Source: Patescibacteria group bacterium
GTDB taxonomy: Bacteria > Patescibacteriota > Microgenomatia > UBA1400 > PJMF01
Assembly: GCA_041747555.1 (NCBI GenBank)
Contig: JBGTEY010000003.1
Coordinates: 19,127-83,126 of the forward strand
Length of the DNA: 64,000 nt
Direction of reading: 5' to 3'
Shown here: one piece after another, positions 18,858 through 27,739 of the stretch
Layout: each line of letters begins with the position of its first letter
Position numbering within the stretch: the first letter of the stretch is position 1
Translations under genes and position numbers: made by a program
The notes under the pieces: model-generated
The model's input: only the letters and a program-made list of their open reading frames with translations
The model's database searches: none
What the model was told of the DNA's origin: nothing

Positions 18858-20642
18858 TTATTTTTTCTCAATATTGAAAAATGCCCCGCCACATGGATTT
18901 CCAGACCACTGTGGAATTCTCATGTTTCCAGGCGCGCGCAAGTTGAAAGCTTTGCAAAACTCACTTCCACTCATACTGACTCCATTGATATTGACTGACG
19001 AAGTACTGCCATTTCCTTGCGTGACAGAAACGCTGTTGGCAGCCGATATTCCACCATACTTGCCCGCCACATCTCTGAGTTCTCCAAGACTATATGGATT
19101 GCCACCCCAACAGTCGGTGGTAACTGGGCTAATTCGCGCGGCTTCACCAGAATTGCCTTTGGTGATTATCAGGTGTGCGTTTACGATATCGGCCATTTCC
19201 TCTGGACTGAGCCAAGGGTTAGAGCGACCACACGTTGAACCACTACTACTATATCCTTCACGCCACCAGGATTTATACAACCAAGGTGAGCCGCCTATTT
19301 TCTCATACGCTTTGTCTAGAAAGTTTGATCCACCCGAACCATCGGTGGTATCCCATCCGCCAGTTTTAGTCCAACCACCGTGTGTTGAAGCATATTGTGT
19401 TGAAACTGGGTTTCCACCACCATCAACGAGGACCATACCCTTAGTTTCCCTAACTGCTTCTTCCCAGGCTCCGCCTTTTGGTGAGTTTTTAAATACCTGG
19501 CATTTTTCTGTGGTGCAGATTGAATTCTGACCATTACTTGTGTGTTTGATTGCAAATGTTCGAGCAGCAATCGCTTGTGCCTTGAGGACTTCTTTGGGCC
19601 AGCTGGCGGGAACTTCGTAGATTCTCATCAGATACCAATCCTCAAATGAGCCAGCGCCATGACCCTGGACGGTAATTTCTCCCATAACTGGATAATCTGT
19701 TTTAATTGATGTGCCTGGATAGTATGCATTTAGTATTTGCTCATAATTCTGCCCGCTCTTGGCTCTCCCCAATGCCCCATATTGGCTCATACCATTTCGA
19801 TGACTATATGCACCAAATGAAAAGATCGCAAAATGCCCACTCGGTGCACTTTCACGAAAACCAACGATAGAAGCCAATCGATCGTCTGCCAATTCGCTAT
19901 CACCACTCACAGTAAATCCTCCCGATCTAGAGTTAATAATTTCAGTTTGTCTTGCCGAAAGCTCTGCTATTTGACCACCAAGAACTTGCTGATAGTCCTT
20001 AGCCTTACCTATTTCACTTTTGAAAAAATCTGCCTGCTCATCAAGCTGCTTCTCGAGTCCTGCGAGTGTTATTTGATCTTGTTCGAGCTTGGTTTTGTCT
20101 TGTTCCAGAAGTGCGATGTCTGCGCCGATGGTTTGGATGAGCTTGTTGTCTTGGGCTTTAACAGAGCTTCGATATGCCAAATCCTTGGTGAGATCAGCTG
20201 CATCTTGATTAGAGAAAATCAATAGAAAGTCAGAGTTAGTGCGTAATTTTTTATACTGTTCAAAAATTCTTCTCGAAAGAATTTCGTACTGCGTTGCCAG
20301 ATCTTTTTCTCGAGAATCAATTTGCTTTGCGACTTCTTCGCTCTCCGCTTTTGCCCGAACCACCCCTGCGCGTGCGTTATTTATTCTATTTTCTAGATCA
20401 GAAACTTGCGACTCCAATGGCTTGGTGGCGTCTTCTGAGAGTTTTTTGAGGTGTTCCAACTCATCAATTTGTTGTTGCAGCTCAATCACTTCGTCGGCAC
20501 TTACTTGTTTTATTGGGGAATAAAGACCCATATATGAGCCTAAATTAAATACAGGCCACATATTTGAAATCGGCCCAAGCACCAATAAAAATCCCAATCC
20601 CAGAGCTAGCTTGGCAGGCAACCAACGTTTCATAGTATTCAC
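18858..20642 (-). CDS. SpoIID/LytB-domain protein with N-terminal signal and long coiled coil
   Basis: The C-terminal half contains AQAIAARTF and YASTHGGWT, matching the SpoIID YxSTxGG motif. The N-terminal ~250 aa is heptad-rich. Confidence 0.6.
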   Translation of the reverse strand: MNTMKRWLPAKLALGLGFLLVLGPISNMWPVFNLGSYMGLYSPIKQVSADEVIELQQQIDELEHLKKLSEDATKPLESQVSDLENRINNARAGVVRAKAESEEVAKQIDSREKDLATQYEILSRRIFEQYKKLRTNSDFLLIFSNQDAADLTKDLAYRSSVKAQDNKLIQTIGADIALLEQDKTKLEQDQITLAGLEKQLDEQADFFKSEIGKAKDYQQVLGGQIAELSARQTEIINSRSGGFTVSGDSELADDRLASIVGFRESAPSGHFAIFSFGAYSHRNGMSQYGALGRAKSGQNYEQILNAYYPGTSIKTDYPVMGEITVQGHGAGSFEDWYLMRIYEVPASWPKEVLKAQAIAARTFAIKHTSNGQNSICTTEKCQVFKNSPKGGAWEEAVRETKGMVLVDGGGNPVSTQYASTHGGWTKTGGWDTTDGSGGSNFLDKAYEKIGGSPWLYKSWWREGYSSSGSTCGRSNPWLSPEEMADIVNAHLIITKGNSGEAARISPVTTDCWGGNPYSLGELRDVAGKYGGISAANSVSVTQGNGSTSSVNINGVSMSGSEFCKAFNLRAPGNMRIPQWSGNPCGGAFFNIEKK

Positions 20643-20711
20643 ATTGTATACTATTGTACAGACAACTCATCACTGGCCTATTTTTACAGACTAGGCTACA
20701 ATAACCATGTT

Positions 20712-21899
20712 ATGAGTGCGCGCCTAAACCTGCAGAAATTACTGCTTGTAGTCACCTTAGTCTTTTCATTTTTCTTGAGTGCTTTGGTGCCAACAAAAGT
20801 TGCGGCTCAAAATGCATGCAATCCCTCAATACTTGACCACAATATCGAGGCTACTTACTTTGACGATGATCCAGACAATTCGATGAATATTACGGTCAAT
20901 AATCTGATTAACGGATCACTTTATTCGATACGAGTTATCGACTCGACTGGACTTGCTCTATCTGATGTCCAAATAAATTCAGGTGGAAATGGTCAGATCA
21001 CCACTATTATAAGTGCATCACTCGATCCTGATGTTTTTGATTATGATGTTGGTCTGGTTGGATCAGTTCCTGGATTCAGGCGGGTTACACTTTTTGGCGA
21101 TGGAATAGGCGTATGTGAAATCGCTACATTTTATATTATTGAAGAAAGTCTCATTTTAGATGACTACGAAGTATATCAAAACATTGGCGGTCAACAATGT
21201 TCTGAGAAAAATGGAGGCTGTTTAAACACCACACAACCAATTGTTTTTGAGACAAGAATAATATCTGCTTCTACTGGGGATGGTGTACCCGACTTGAATA
21301 TTTTGCATAACAGGAGTGGGGCGGGCAATCAATTACCAGCAACATACCTTGGAAATGGTGTATATAGGAGTAGTCATCCCCCCATGGACGATGGAACATA
21401 CACCATGTACGTAGAGGAGAACGGAACATTAAGTAACCCAGACATAGGTGATTTTTCGTTTACCGTCTCAATTGACTGCGATTCTTGTGTCCCACCTGGA
21501 GACATTACTGACGATTCAGTCAATCCAGTCGAAGATATTTACAACTTTTGCAATCAAATCAACGACGCTTCTCAACGCGCTGACTGCCTTGACTGTGCTG
21601 GAGGTCGGGGTGATTACAACGGTGTCTGGACTGCAGTCGGCTGTATTTCAAGAGAGCCAACCAGCATTGCGAGGACCTTCATTAGAATTGGTCTCGCTAT
21701 GTCAGGCGGTGTTGCTTTGCTCATGATTCTTGGTGCTGGCTTTATCCTTGCTACATCAGAAGGAGACCCCAAGCGCACTTCTGAAGCCAAAGAAATGGTG
21801 ACTGCAGCGGTGGTCGGATTACTATTTGTGATATTCTCAGTTGTAATTCTACAATTTATTGGATTTACCATCCTACAAATACCTGGGTTCGGAGGATGA
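20712..21899 (+). CDS. Secreted Cys-rich protein with C-terminal VirB2/TrbC-like two-helix pilin module
   Basis: Signal peptide ending VAAQN, then a ~280 aa Cys-rich domain. The C-terminus IGLAMSGGVALLMILGAGFILATSEGDPKRTSEAKEMVTAAVVGLLFVIFSVVIL has the same TM1-charged loop-TM2 layout as the small pilin-like paralogs downstream. Confidence 0.5.
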   Translation: MSARLNLQKLLLVVTLVFSFFLSALVPTKVAAQNACNPSILDHNIEATYFDDDPDNSMNITVNNLINGSLYSIRVIDSTGLALSDVQINSGGNGQITTIISASLDPDVFDYDVGLVGSVPGFRRVTLFGDGIGVCEIATFYIIEESLILDDYEVYQNIGGQQCSEKNGGCLNTTQPIVFETRIISASTGDGVPDLNILHNRSGAGNQLPATYLGNGVYRSSHPPMDDGTYTMYVEENGTLSNPDIGDFSFTVSIDCDSCVPPGDITDDSVNPVEDIYNFCNQINDASQRADCLDCAGGRGDYNGVWTAVGCISREPTSIARTFIRIGLAMSGGVALLMILGAGFILATSEGDPKRTSEAKEMVTAAVVGLLFVIFSVVILQFIGFTILQIPGFGG

Positions 21900-21903
21900 T
21901 GAA

Positions 21904-22566
21904 ATGAATACCGGAGTACTTAAAGCAATACTTGCGCGACTCAGTCTTCACCTTCTTGCTGTCGTGGTGTTATTTGGTATTTCTCTGATCGGGAATCCTG
22001 CAAAAGTGTCCGCTCAAAACATATTGCAATGTGGCACAGCTTTTTATTCAGATGAAGACCCCCCACCAATATGCCAATGTAGTTCTGGGGAAAGTCCATA
22101 CTTTGGTGATCTCGTCTGTTGCGGCTGGGTTTTCTCAAATCCAGATACCGGACAGCTTGCATGTGTTAGCACAAACTCAAATCCTTTTGACCCAGATATA
22201 GAGGGTGGCGACATTATTATCACCGAAGGTGTCTCAAATGCTACATTTGACATTCTCAATCCACTCCAAATTGGTGGTGGGGAAAACATAAATGTCGAAG
22301 CAGCCTCAGACTTTGCGACAGATCTCTCCACCCCTGGCGGTATAGTCACTAGACTACTTGAATTTGCCTTTCCCTTGGCGGGGTTATTGCTGTTCCTCAT
22401 GCTTGTCTGGGGTGGATTCGAAATCTTGGCTGGATCTGCCACCAAAAAATCAGTTGATGCAGGAAAACAAAGAATTACCGCAGCAATTCTGGGATTTTTA
22501 CTCCTGTTTGCAACCTACTGGATAGGACAACTACTCGAGGTGGTTTTTGGGGTAGTGATTCTTTAA
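21904..22566 (+). CDS. Secreted protein with C-terminal VirB2/TrbC-like pilin module
   Basis: The start is taken at ATG 21904, preceded by GGAGGA; the ORF track's TTG at 21859 is unlikely. Signal peptide ...AKVSAQN. The C-terminus LAGLLLFLMLVWGGFEILAGSATKKSVDAGKQRITAAILGFLLLFATYWIGQ is the pilin-like module. Confidence 0.5.
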   Translation: MNTGVLKAILARLSLHLLAVVVLFGISLIGNPAKVSAQNILQCGTAFYSDEDPPPICQCSSGESPYFGDLVCCGWVFSNPDTGQLACVSTNSNPFDPDIEGGDIIITEGVSNATFDILNPLQIGGGENINVEAASDFATDLSTPGGIVTRLLEFAFPLAGLLLFLMLVWGGFEILAGSATKKSVDAGKQRITAAILGFLLLFATYWIGQLLEVVFGVVIL

Positions 22567-22627
22567 AGAATTTAAAAAAAACGCGAATGACCGCGCGCGC
22601 TCTTTAGGTGCATTCGAGCACTTCAAC

Positions 22628-23350
22628 TCAGCCAGAACCAAATCGTCTCTCTCTGCGCTGATACTCCTCAATTGCCTTATCTAACTCCTCTGGAGTGAAG
22701 TCGGGAAAAGTTACCTTGGGAAAGTAGCATTCAGCGTACTGCCCTGACCACAACAGAAATCCAGACAATCGCTGCTCACCACTGGTGCGAATGATTAAAT
22801 CTGGATAGGGATACTCACTCGTCTCAAGATACGCTTCGAAGTATTTCTCGGTGATTTGCGACACATCAAAGTCATTGCCCTCAGATGCAACGTGCTGTAC
22901 TAAGTCTTTCACACCGCGTACAATCTCATTTCTCCCGCCATAGTTCATGGCAATAACTACAGTCATGCCGGTGTTATTTTTAGTTTTCTCAACTCCTTCT
23001 CTAATTCGATCCTGTATATCTGGTGCTAACTGCTCAATCTCCCCAATATGTTTGACCACCATGTTTTTTTCGTGAAATTTTTCAATCTGCTTATCGAACA
23101 TGGAGCGAAATAGATTCATGAGCCCCTCAACTTCTTTTTTCTCCCGATCCCAATTTTCTGTACTAAAAATCCAAAATGTCACGCACTCTACTCCAAGCTC
23201 AGCTGCACGATCAACCAACGGCTCAATTGTTTTATTCACCGCATGTTCGTGACCCCGAAACACTTCCCAGCCATGACTCCGCGCCCACCGGCGATTTCCA
23301 TCGCAAATTATGGCTATGTGCTTAGGAATTGTGGAGATATCTGGTTGCAT
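22628..23350 (-). CDS. uppS: Undecaprenyl diphosphate synthase (cis-prenyltransferase)
   Basis: HIAIICDGNRRWAR and the overall 240-aa layout are diagnostic. Confidence 0.9.
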   Translation of the reverse strand: MQPDISTIPKHIAIICDGNRRWARSHGWEVFRGHEHAVNKTIEPLVDRAAELGVECVTFWIFSTENWDREKKEVEGLMNLFRSMFDKQIEKFHEKNMVVKHIGEIEQLAPDIQDRIREGVEKTKNNTGMTVVIAMNYGGRNEIVRGVKDLVQHVASEGNDFDVSQITEKYFEAYLETSEYPYPDLIIRTSGEQRLSGFLLWSGQYAECYFPKVTFPDFTPEELDKAIEEYQRRERRFGSG

Positions 23351-23399
23351 AGGACTACCTTTGGATGAAGAACGGTCAATTTTTGAGCAGTAATTAGTA

Positions 23400-24227
23400 T
23401 TAATCTGTGATTTCTTTCACTATTTTTGTACCAACATGTCGAGTATTTTTGAGCGCTGCAGTGATTTCACCGTATTTCGTAGCATTAATAATTTGCGCAG
23501 GAACCCCGCGTTCCGCCATCACAAGTGATTGCATCACCTTATGATTCATACCACCAGTAACATCGAGTCCAGCGGACTCACCAAGAGCTTGCGTGTGTTG
23601 TTTCACTGTATCCGGTGTTAAGAAATCAATTGTCTTACCTGTAGCATCCAACACTCCCTCAGTAATGCCACAATGTAGTATTGTATCAAATTGCCACCCC
23701 TTTTGTCCCATCTCATCCGAGACATACTCTAGAACTCGCTCTGTAGAGAAAATCGTACACCCATCATTTTGATCAAAAATTACATCGCCGTGTACGACAG
23801 GAATGCATCCAACCTGGAGTGCATGCTCAATGCCTTCAATCCATACCCGCTCTAATTCATGGTCTTTGGCAATAAATATTGATTGAGGACTAACTGAAAC
23901 TACTGGTACACCAGCTGCAATCAGTGCCGACATAACCATGTAATTCAAGTTGCGCATCGCGTGAGAAACTTGAATAACACCTTCTTGACTTGAATCGTTC
24001 ACCCAACCCTTGTGTGTTTGATATTTTTTAGCCAGGACATGCCCAAATGACCCTGCGCCGTGTCCTAGAATCACCGGCCCACAGTCAGGCAACACTTCTG
24101 CAAGTTCTTTACAGATTTGACGCAACATTTGTTCATCAAGTGCAAATTCCTGTGTTTTGTCAGTGATAAGAGATCCGCCTAATTTGATGAGTGTGACAGG
24201 CCTTTGCTGGTAAGTTAGTTTGTGCAT
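23400..24227 (-). CDS. ipk: Isopentenyl phosphate kinase (amino-acid-kinase family)
   Basis: LIKLGGSLITDK, LGHGAGSFGH, PVVHGDVIFD and DVTGGM align with the archaeal IPK motifs ILKLGGS, HGGGAFGH, VIHGDIV and DVTGGM. Confidence 0.8.
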   Translation of the reverse strand: MHKLTYQQRPVTLIKLGGSLITDKTQEFALDEQMLRQICKELAEVLPDCGPVILGHGAGSFGHVLAKKYQTHKGWVNDSSQEGVIQVSHAMRNLNYMVMSALIAAGVPVVSVSPQSIFIAKDHELERVWIEGIEHALQVGCIPVVHGDVIFDQNDGCTIFSTERVLEYVSDEMGQKGWQFDTILHCGITEGVLDATGKTIDFLTPDTVKQHTQALGESAGLDVTGGMNHKVMQSLVMAERGVPAQIINATKYGEITAALKNTRHVGTKIVKEITD

Positions 24228-24253
24228 AGTGTTTCCATTCGCAACCTATTATA

Positions 24254-24694
24254 ATGGTAATCACCAATATGTTCACTAGAGGAAAATCTCAATCTGCACA
24301 AGTAGTACCTCATTTTTTTATGGTGGTTTTGGTATTTTTTGCCTTATTTTTTGGTCTGTCACATCCAGCGCAAGCACAATGCGATCCCGGCAATGGAAGT
24401 ATTAACCTTGGAGAATGTTTGCGATTGAGTAATGATCAAGGTGTAGGTGAAGTTTACGAAAGCCCTGCATTTTTGGTAAATTTAATCGTAAGAAATTTGT
24501 TTGTTGCTGGGGCAGTCATTCTATTCCTCATGGTATTTTATGCAGGGTTTCTCTTTGTATTTAAAGGCAAAAAAGGTGTTGAGGATGCAAAAGCCGTTGC
24601 CACCAATGCTATTATTGGGTTTGTGGTCATGTTTTCTGCATACTGGATCGTACAAATCATCGCGGTCGTCACGGGCACTAATATACAACTCTAA
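24254..24694 (+). CDS. VirB2/TrbC-like pilin paralog 1
   Basis: Signal peptide ...SHPAQA|QC, a short Cys-containing head, then TM1 (LFVAGAVILFLMVFYAGFLFVF), loop KGKKGVEDAK, and TM2. The real start may be ATG 24269. Confidence 0.55.
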   Translation: MVITNMFTRGKSQSAQVVPHFFMVVLVFFALFFGLSHPAQAQCDPGNGSINLGECLRLSNDQGVGEVYESPAFLVNLIVRNLFVAGAVILFLMVFYAGFLFVFKGKKGVEDAKAVATNAIIGFVVMFSAYWIVQIIAVVTGTNIQL

Positions 24695-24697
24695 AAC

Positions 24698-25159
24698 ATG
24701 AACATACCTACACCAGTACATACTTGGCACAAATTTGCTTCTAAAACACCATTTTTGATGGCCGCATTGCTCGTAGTTGTTGTTTTTTTCTCCGCATATT
24801 CGCCTGTTTTAGCACAGATTGATGATATTGGCACGATTGATGTACCACCTGGTGTTGAACAATACAACACAAGCTCTGGTGCCGATATTGGCCTCGTGTT
24901 TTTCATCTCAAGAATGATTAGACTTGCGACTCTTGTTGCTGGATTGTGGGTCACCGCAAATACCATGATGGCGGGATATGTCTATCTTTCATCACAGGGA
25001 AAAGCCGATGCACACGGGAGAGTTCGAGACATTCTAACCATGAGCACCATCGGTCTGGTTCTAATTGTGACTGCCTACACCGTTGCGGGACTTTTAAGCT
25101 TGTTGATTTTTGGCGATCCCCTTTTTATTCTGAATCCTACTATTGAAGGGCCAGCATGA
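24698..25159 (+). CDS. VirB2/TrbC-like pilin paralog 2
   Basis: Same architecture: signal ...SPVLAQ, TM1, loop SSQGKADAHGR, TM2. The C-terminal motif is FGDPLFILNPTIEG. Confidence 0.55.
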   Translation: MNIPTPVHTWHKFASKTPFLMAALLVVVVFFSAYSPVLAQIDDIGTIDVPPGVEQYNTSSGADIGLVFFISRMIRLATLVAGLWVTANTMMAGYVYLSSQGKADAHGRVRDILTMSTIGLVLIVTAYTVAGLLSLLIFGDPLFILNPTIEGPA

Positions 25160-25725
25160 TTTCAAACATCATAAACCGAATCAAGTCATTCGCAATTCAC
25201 ACCGCAGTGATACTTGTGGTGTTTTGTGTCCCATTTTTTATCAACGCTCCCGTAGCTCAAGCACAATGCACAGGACCCGAACACGCTGGAAATTGTGTTG
25301 ATAATCGCACATGCATCAACTATCAAGGAGCATGGGTGGCGTTCGGTGCTGAGTGCGGATCTTCTTCTATTGGTGGTGTTCGAGCCCCCCAAGGTGTACA
25401 TCAATATAATCTTCTTGCTGGCACATACGGCTCAACTACTGCCAGTGGCCTGGTTGTGTTTGCCTCTAGAGCTATGCAGCTTGCGAGCATAGTTGCCGGG
25501 ATTTTCATGATGATCAACTTGGTTCGTGCGGGCTTTATTTATATCACCAAATTTGACCAAACATCAGCGCATCAGGAAGTACGAGATCTCCTCACTTACA
25601 GTGTGGTCGGTCTAGTAATCATGGTTTCTGCGTATGCTGGAGGTGGATTGATTGGTCTGGTATTCTTTGGAGACGCCACATTTGTTCTCAGTCCAACACT
25701 TGAGGGAGCAGTTCCACCACCGTAA
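25156..25725 (+). CDS. VirB2/TrbC-like pilin paralog 3
   Basis: Signal ...APVAQA|QC and a Cys-rich head. The C-terminal FGDATFVLSPTLEG motif is shared with paralog 2. The start overlaps the upstream stop (ATGA). Confidence 0.55.
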   Translation: MISNIINRIKSFAIHTAVILVVFCVPFFINAPVAQAQCTGPEHAGNCVDNRTCINYQGAWVAFGAECGSSSIGGVRAPQGVHQYNLLAGTYGSTTASGLVVFASRAMQLASIVAGIFMMINLVRAGFIYITKFDQTSAHQEVRDLLTYSVVGLVIMVSAYAGGGLIGLVFFGDATFVLSPTLEGAVPPP

Positions 25726-25777
25726 TAGTTAGATCGCCATCTGGTTTAACAACAGGTAGCTGGTATATAATGCAAAT

Positions 25778-26152
25778 ATGAAACTTTTCGTACCACAGCT
25801 AATTGCACAATTTGGAGGAGGTTTTGAACCTCCTGTTGATAATACATTCACCCAAGGTGCTGATTCGACACCAGAGGCAAACTTAGAAGTTATCGTGTCT
25901 AATATGCTTGGTGTGGTGACAGTTTTTGCAGGATTATTTTTCTTAATTTACTTTCTTATCGCTGCGTTTAAATGGATTTCTGCTGGTGGCGACACAGGCA
26001 AAGTTCAGGCTGCGCGCGATCAAATCATGAATGGAATTCTTGGATTAGTCATGGTGGTTGGCACGTACACAATTGTCGCCATAATTGGCGTCATCGTTGG
26101 ATTTAATATCTTGAATCCAGCAGCAATTATTAGAGATACATTGGTACCGTAA
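25778..26152 (+). CDS. VirB2/TrbC-like pilin paralog 4
   Basis: 124 aa with the loop SAGGDTGKVQAARDQ between two hydrophobic helices. The ATG lies 6 nt downstream of tggtatataat, suggesting a leaderless start. Confidence 0.5.
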   Translation: MKLFVPQLIAQFGGGFEPPVDNTFTQGADSTPEANLEVIVSNMLGVVTVFAGLFFLIYFLIAAFKWISAGGDTGKVQAARDQIMNGILGLVMVVGTYTIVAIIGVIVGFNILNPAAIIRDTLVP

Positions 26153-26611
26153 ATGAAAATAGCTGCAAATATCAATCAAATTCTCCGTACAAATCTAGGA
26201 ATCATATTTGTAGGACTGGTTATTCTACTGATGACAACATCCCCTGTGTCTGCGCAGATCACCAATCCAGTTATCGGTGAATTAGGTCAGGGCATCGGTG
26301 ATACGAGCGGCGACGAAAAATCAGCAGAGCTATTTGCCAACTTTTTTGTGAGCATTTGGCAAGCAGTGATTATGTTTGGTGGATTAACGGTGTTAGTGTT
26401 CTATATTTGGGGCGCATTTGAGTGGATTACTGCAGGAAGCGATACGAGCAAAGCAGAAAAAGCTCGATATAGAATCACCAATGCAACAATTGGCCTCATA
26501 CTGCTTATTAGCACATTTGTCATTGTTGGTTTTGTCAGCACCGCGCTCTTCGGAGAAGAGTTCCAAATTCTTAACTTAAGCCTACCAACCACACAAATTG
26601 GCGCACCATAA
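26153..26611 (+). CDS. VirB2/TrbC-like pilin paralog 5
   Basis: Signal ...SPVSAQ and loop TAGSDTSKAEKARYR. It is adjacent to the upstream stop. Confidence 0.55.
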   Translation: MKIAANINQILRTNLGIIFVGLVILLMTTSPVSAQITNPVIGELGQGIGDTSGDEKSAELFANFFVSIWQAVIMFGGLTVLVFYIWGAFEWITAGSDTSKAEKARYRITNATIGLILLISTFVIVGFVSTALFGEEFQILNLSLPTTQIGAP

Positions 26612-26623
26612 ATAAGGAAAACC

Positions 26624-27031
26624 ATGCTACTCTCCACTCTTATCGCTCAAGCAGAAATTAACCTCGGGCAAACAGCGATTGATCAAGGACTGCCTGGCAC
26701 CGCAGATGTTGATACCGCAGATTATGCCGGCGCCTTTGGAGTAATTCTTGGCAATATCATGAGTTTTGTGATGGTAATTGCCGCTCTTGCGGTACTTTTA
26801 TACCTCATCTGGGGTGCTGTTGAATGGATTACTGCTGGAGGAGATTCCGGAAAAGTAGAAAAAGCACGAACCAAAATGATGAATGCGATTATCGGTATTA
26901 TTGTTTTGTCTGCCGTAACAGCGATCTTTATGCTGATTCAAGAATTTTTAGGTCTGGAATTGCTTGATTTCGGAGGTGGTGGTCGATTTGATGATGTTGA
27001 CCTTGGGGGTGGTGGAGATGGCAGAAATTAA
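26624..27031 (+). CDS. VirB2/TrbC-like pilin paralog 6 (Gly/Asp-rich C-terminal tail)
   Basis: Loop TAGGDSGKVEKARTK, with C-terminal GGGGRFDDVDLGGGGDGRN. Confidence 0.5.
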   Translation: MLLSTLIAQAEINLGQTAIDQGLPGTADVDTADYAGAFGVILGNIMSFVMVIAALAVLLYLIWGAVEWITAGGDSGKVEKARTKMMNAIIGIIVLSAVTAIFMLIQEFLGLELLDFGGGGRFDDVDLGGGGDGRN

Positions 27032-27090
27032 TCATCACCTCTGCATCAACACCGCGATCGCTGCATTCAGCGAAATCAAAACCCTCAACT

Positions 27091-27124
27091 AAAGTAAAGC
27101 ACTTGACGTACGAAAATAAATCCA
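27091..27124 (+). promoter_or_regulatory. Sigma70-like promoter (TTGACG-18 nt-TATAAT) with downstream AAGGAG SD for paralog 7
   Basis: The sequence cttgacgtacgaaaataaatccatgtataatg is followed by ttaaggagtcaaATG at 27153. Confidence 0.5.
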
Positions 27125-27152
27125 TGTATAATGAATTAGTTGAAGTAAGTAC

Positions 27153-27605
27153 TTGAGATTAAGGAGTCAAATGACAAGACCAACATTCGATCGAGTAAAA
27201 CAGTATGCTGGATATGTTGCTACCTCAGCAACTGCCCTCGCACTATCTGCAAGAGGTGTTCTCGCCCAAGATGGAATTGATATCGGCACAGTTGAAACTG
27301 GAACTGGTTTTGCAACTGACCTTGGCTCAGTGATTACCGCTGTTCTTAGTTTTGTAATGATCATCGCTGCTCTGCTCGTCTTTCTCTACCTCATCTGGGG
27401 TGGAATTGAGTGGATCACATCTGGTGGTGACAAAGGAAAAACAGAAAGTGCTCGAAACAAAATTACGAGTGCTGTCGTGGGTATGATTATCCTCGCTGCT
27501 TCCTATGCAATACTGCTGCTCATCCTCAGATTCATCGGATTTGAAGACCTCGCAGATGTATTCGGTCAAGCATCAACTATTAATGAAGCTGGAGGCGCTG
27601 AATAA
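27153..27605 (+). CDS. VirB2/TrbC-like pilin paralog 7
   Basis: Signal ...GVLAQ and loop TSGGDKGKTESARNK. A canonical SD is present. Confidence 0.55.
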   Translation: MRLRSQMTRPTFDRVKQYAGYVATSATALALSARGVLAQDGIDIGTVETGTGFATDLGSVITAVLSFVMIIAALLVFLYLIWGGIEWITSGGDKGKTESARNKITSAVVGMIILAASYAILLLILRFIGFEDLADVFGQASTINEAGGAE

Positions 27606-27644
27606 CTTCCTGTATCACAACATTGCTTGTGAAAATAATAAAAA

Positions 27645-27667
27645 CCCCTCTCCGGAGGGGTTTTTTA
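27645..27667 (+). terminator. Rho-independent terminator closing the pilin array
   Basis: The stem cccctc-tccg-gagggg is followed by tttttt. Confidence 0.7.
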
Positions 27668-27739
27668 GTGCTGCAGGATTAGTCTGATCACACCCCACTC
27701 CACTCGCCTGATATTTAATAATCAGGTATACTACAGTTC

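Noticed and set aside
22567-22627. Possible bidirectional terminator between convergent genes (cgaatg...gcgcgcgc...cattcg)
   Set aside because: Only a 6-bp stem with a 19-nt loop and no T-tract on either side. It is too weak to call.
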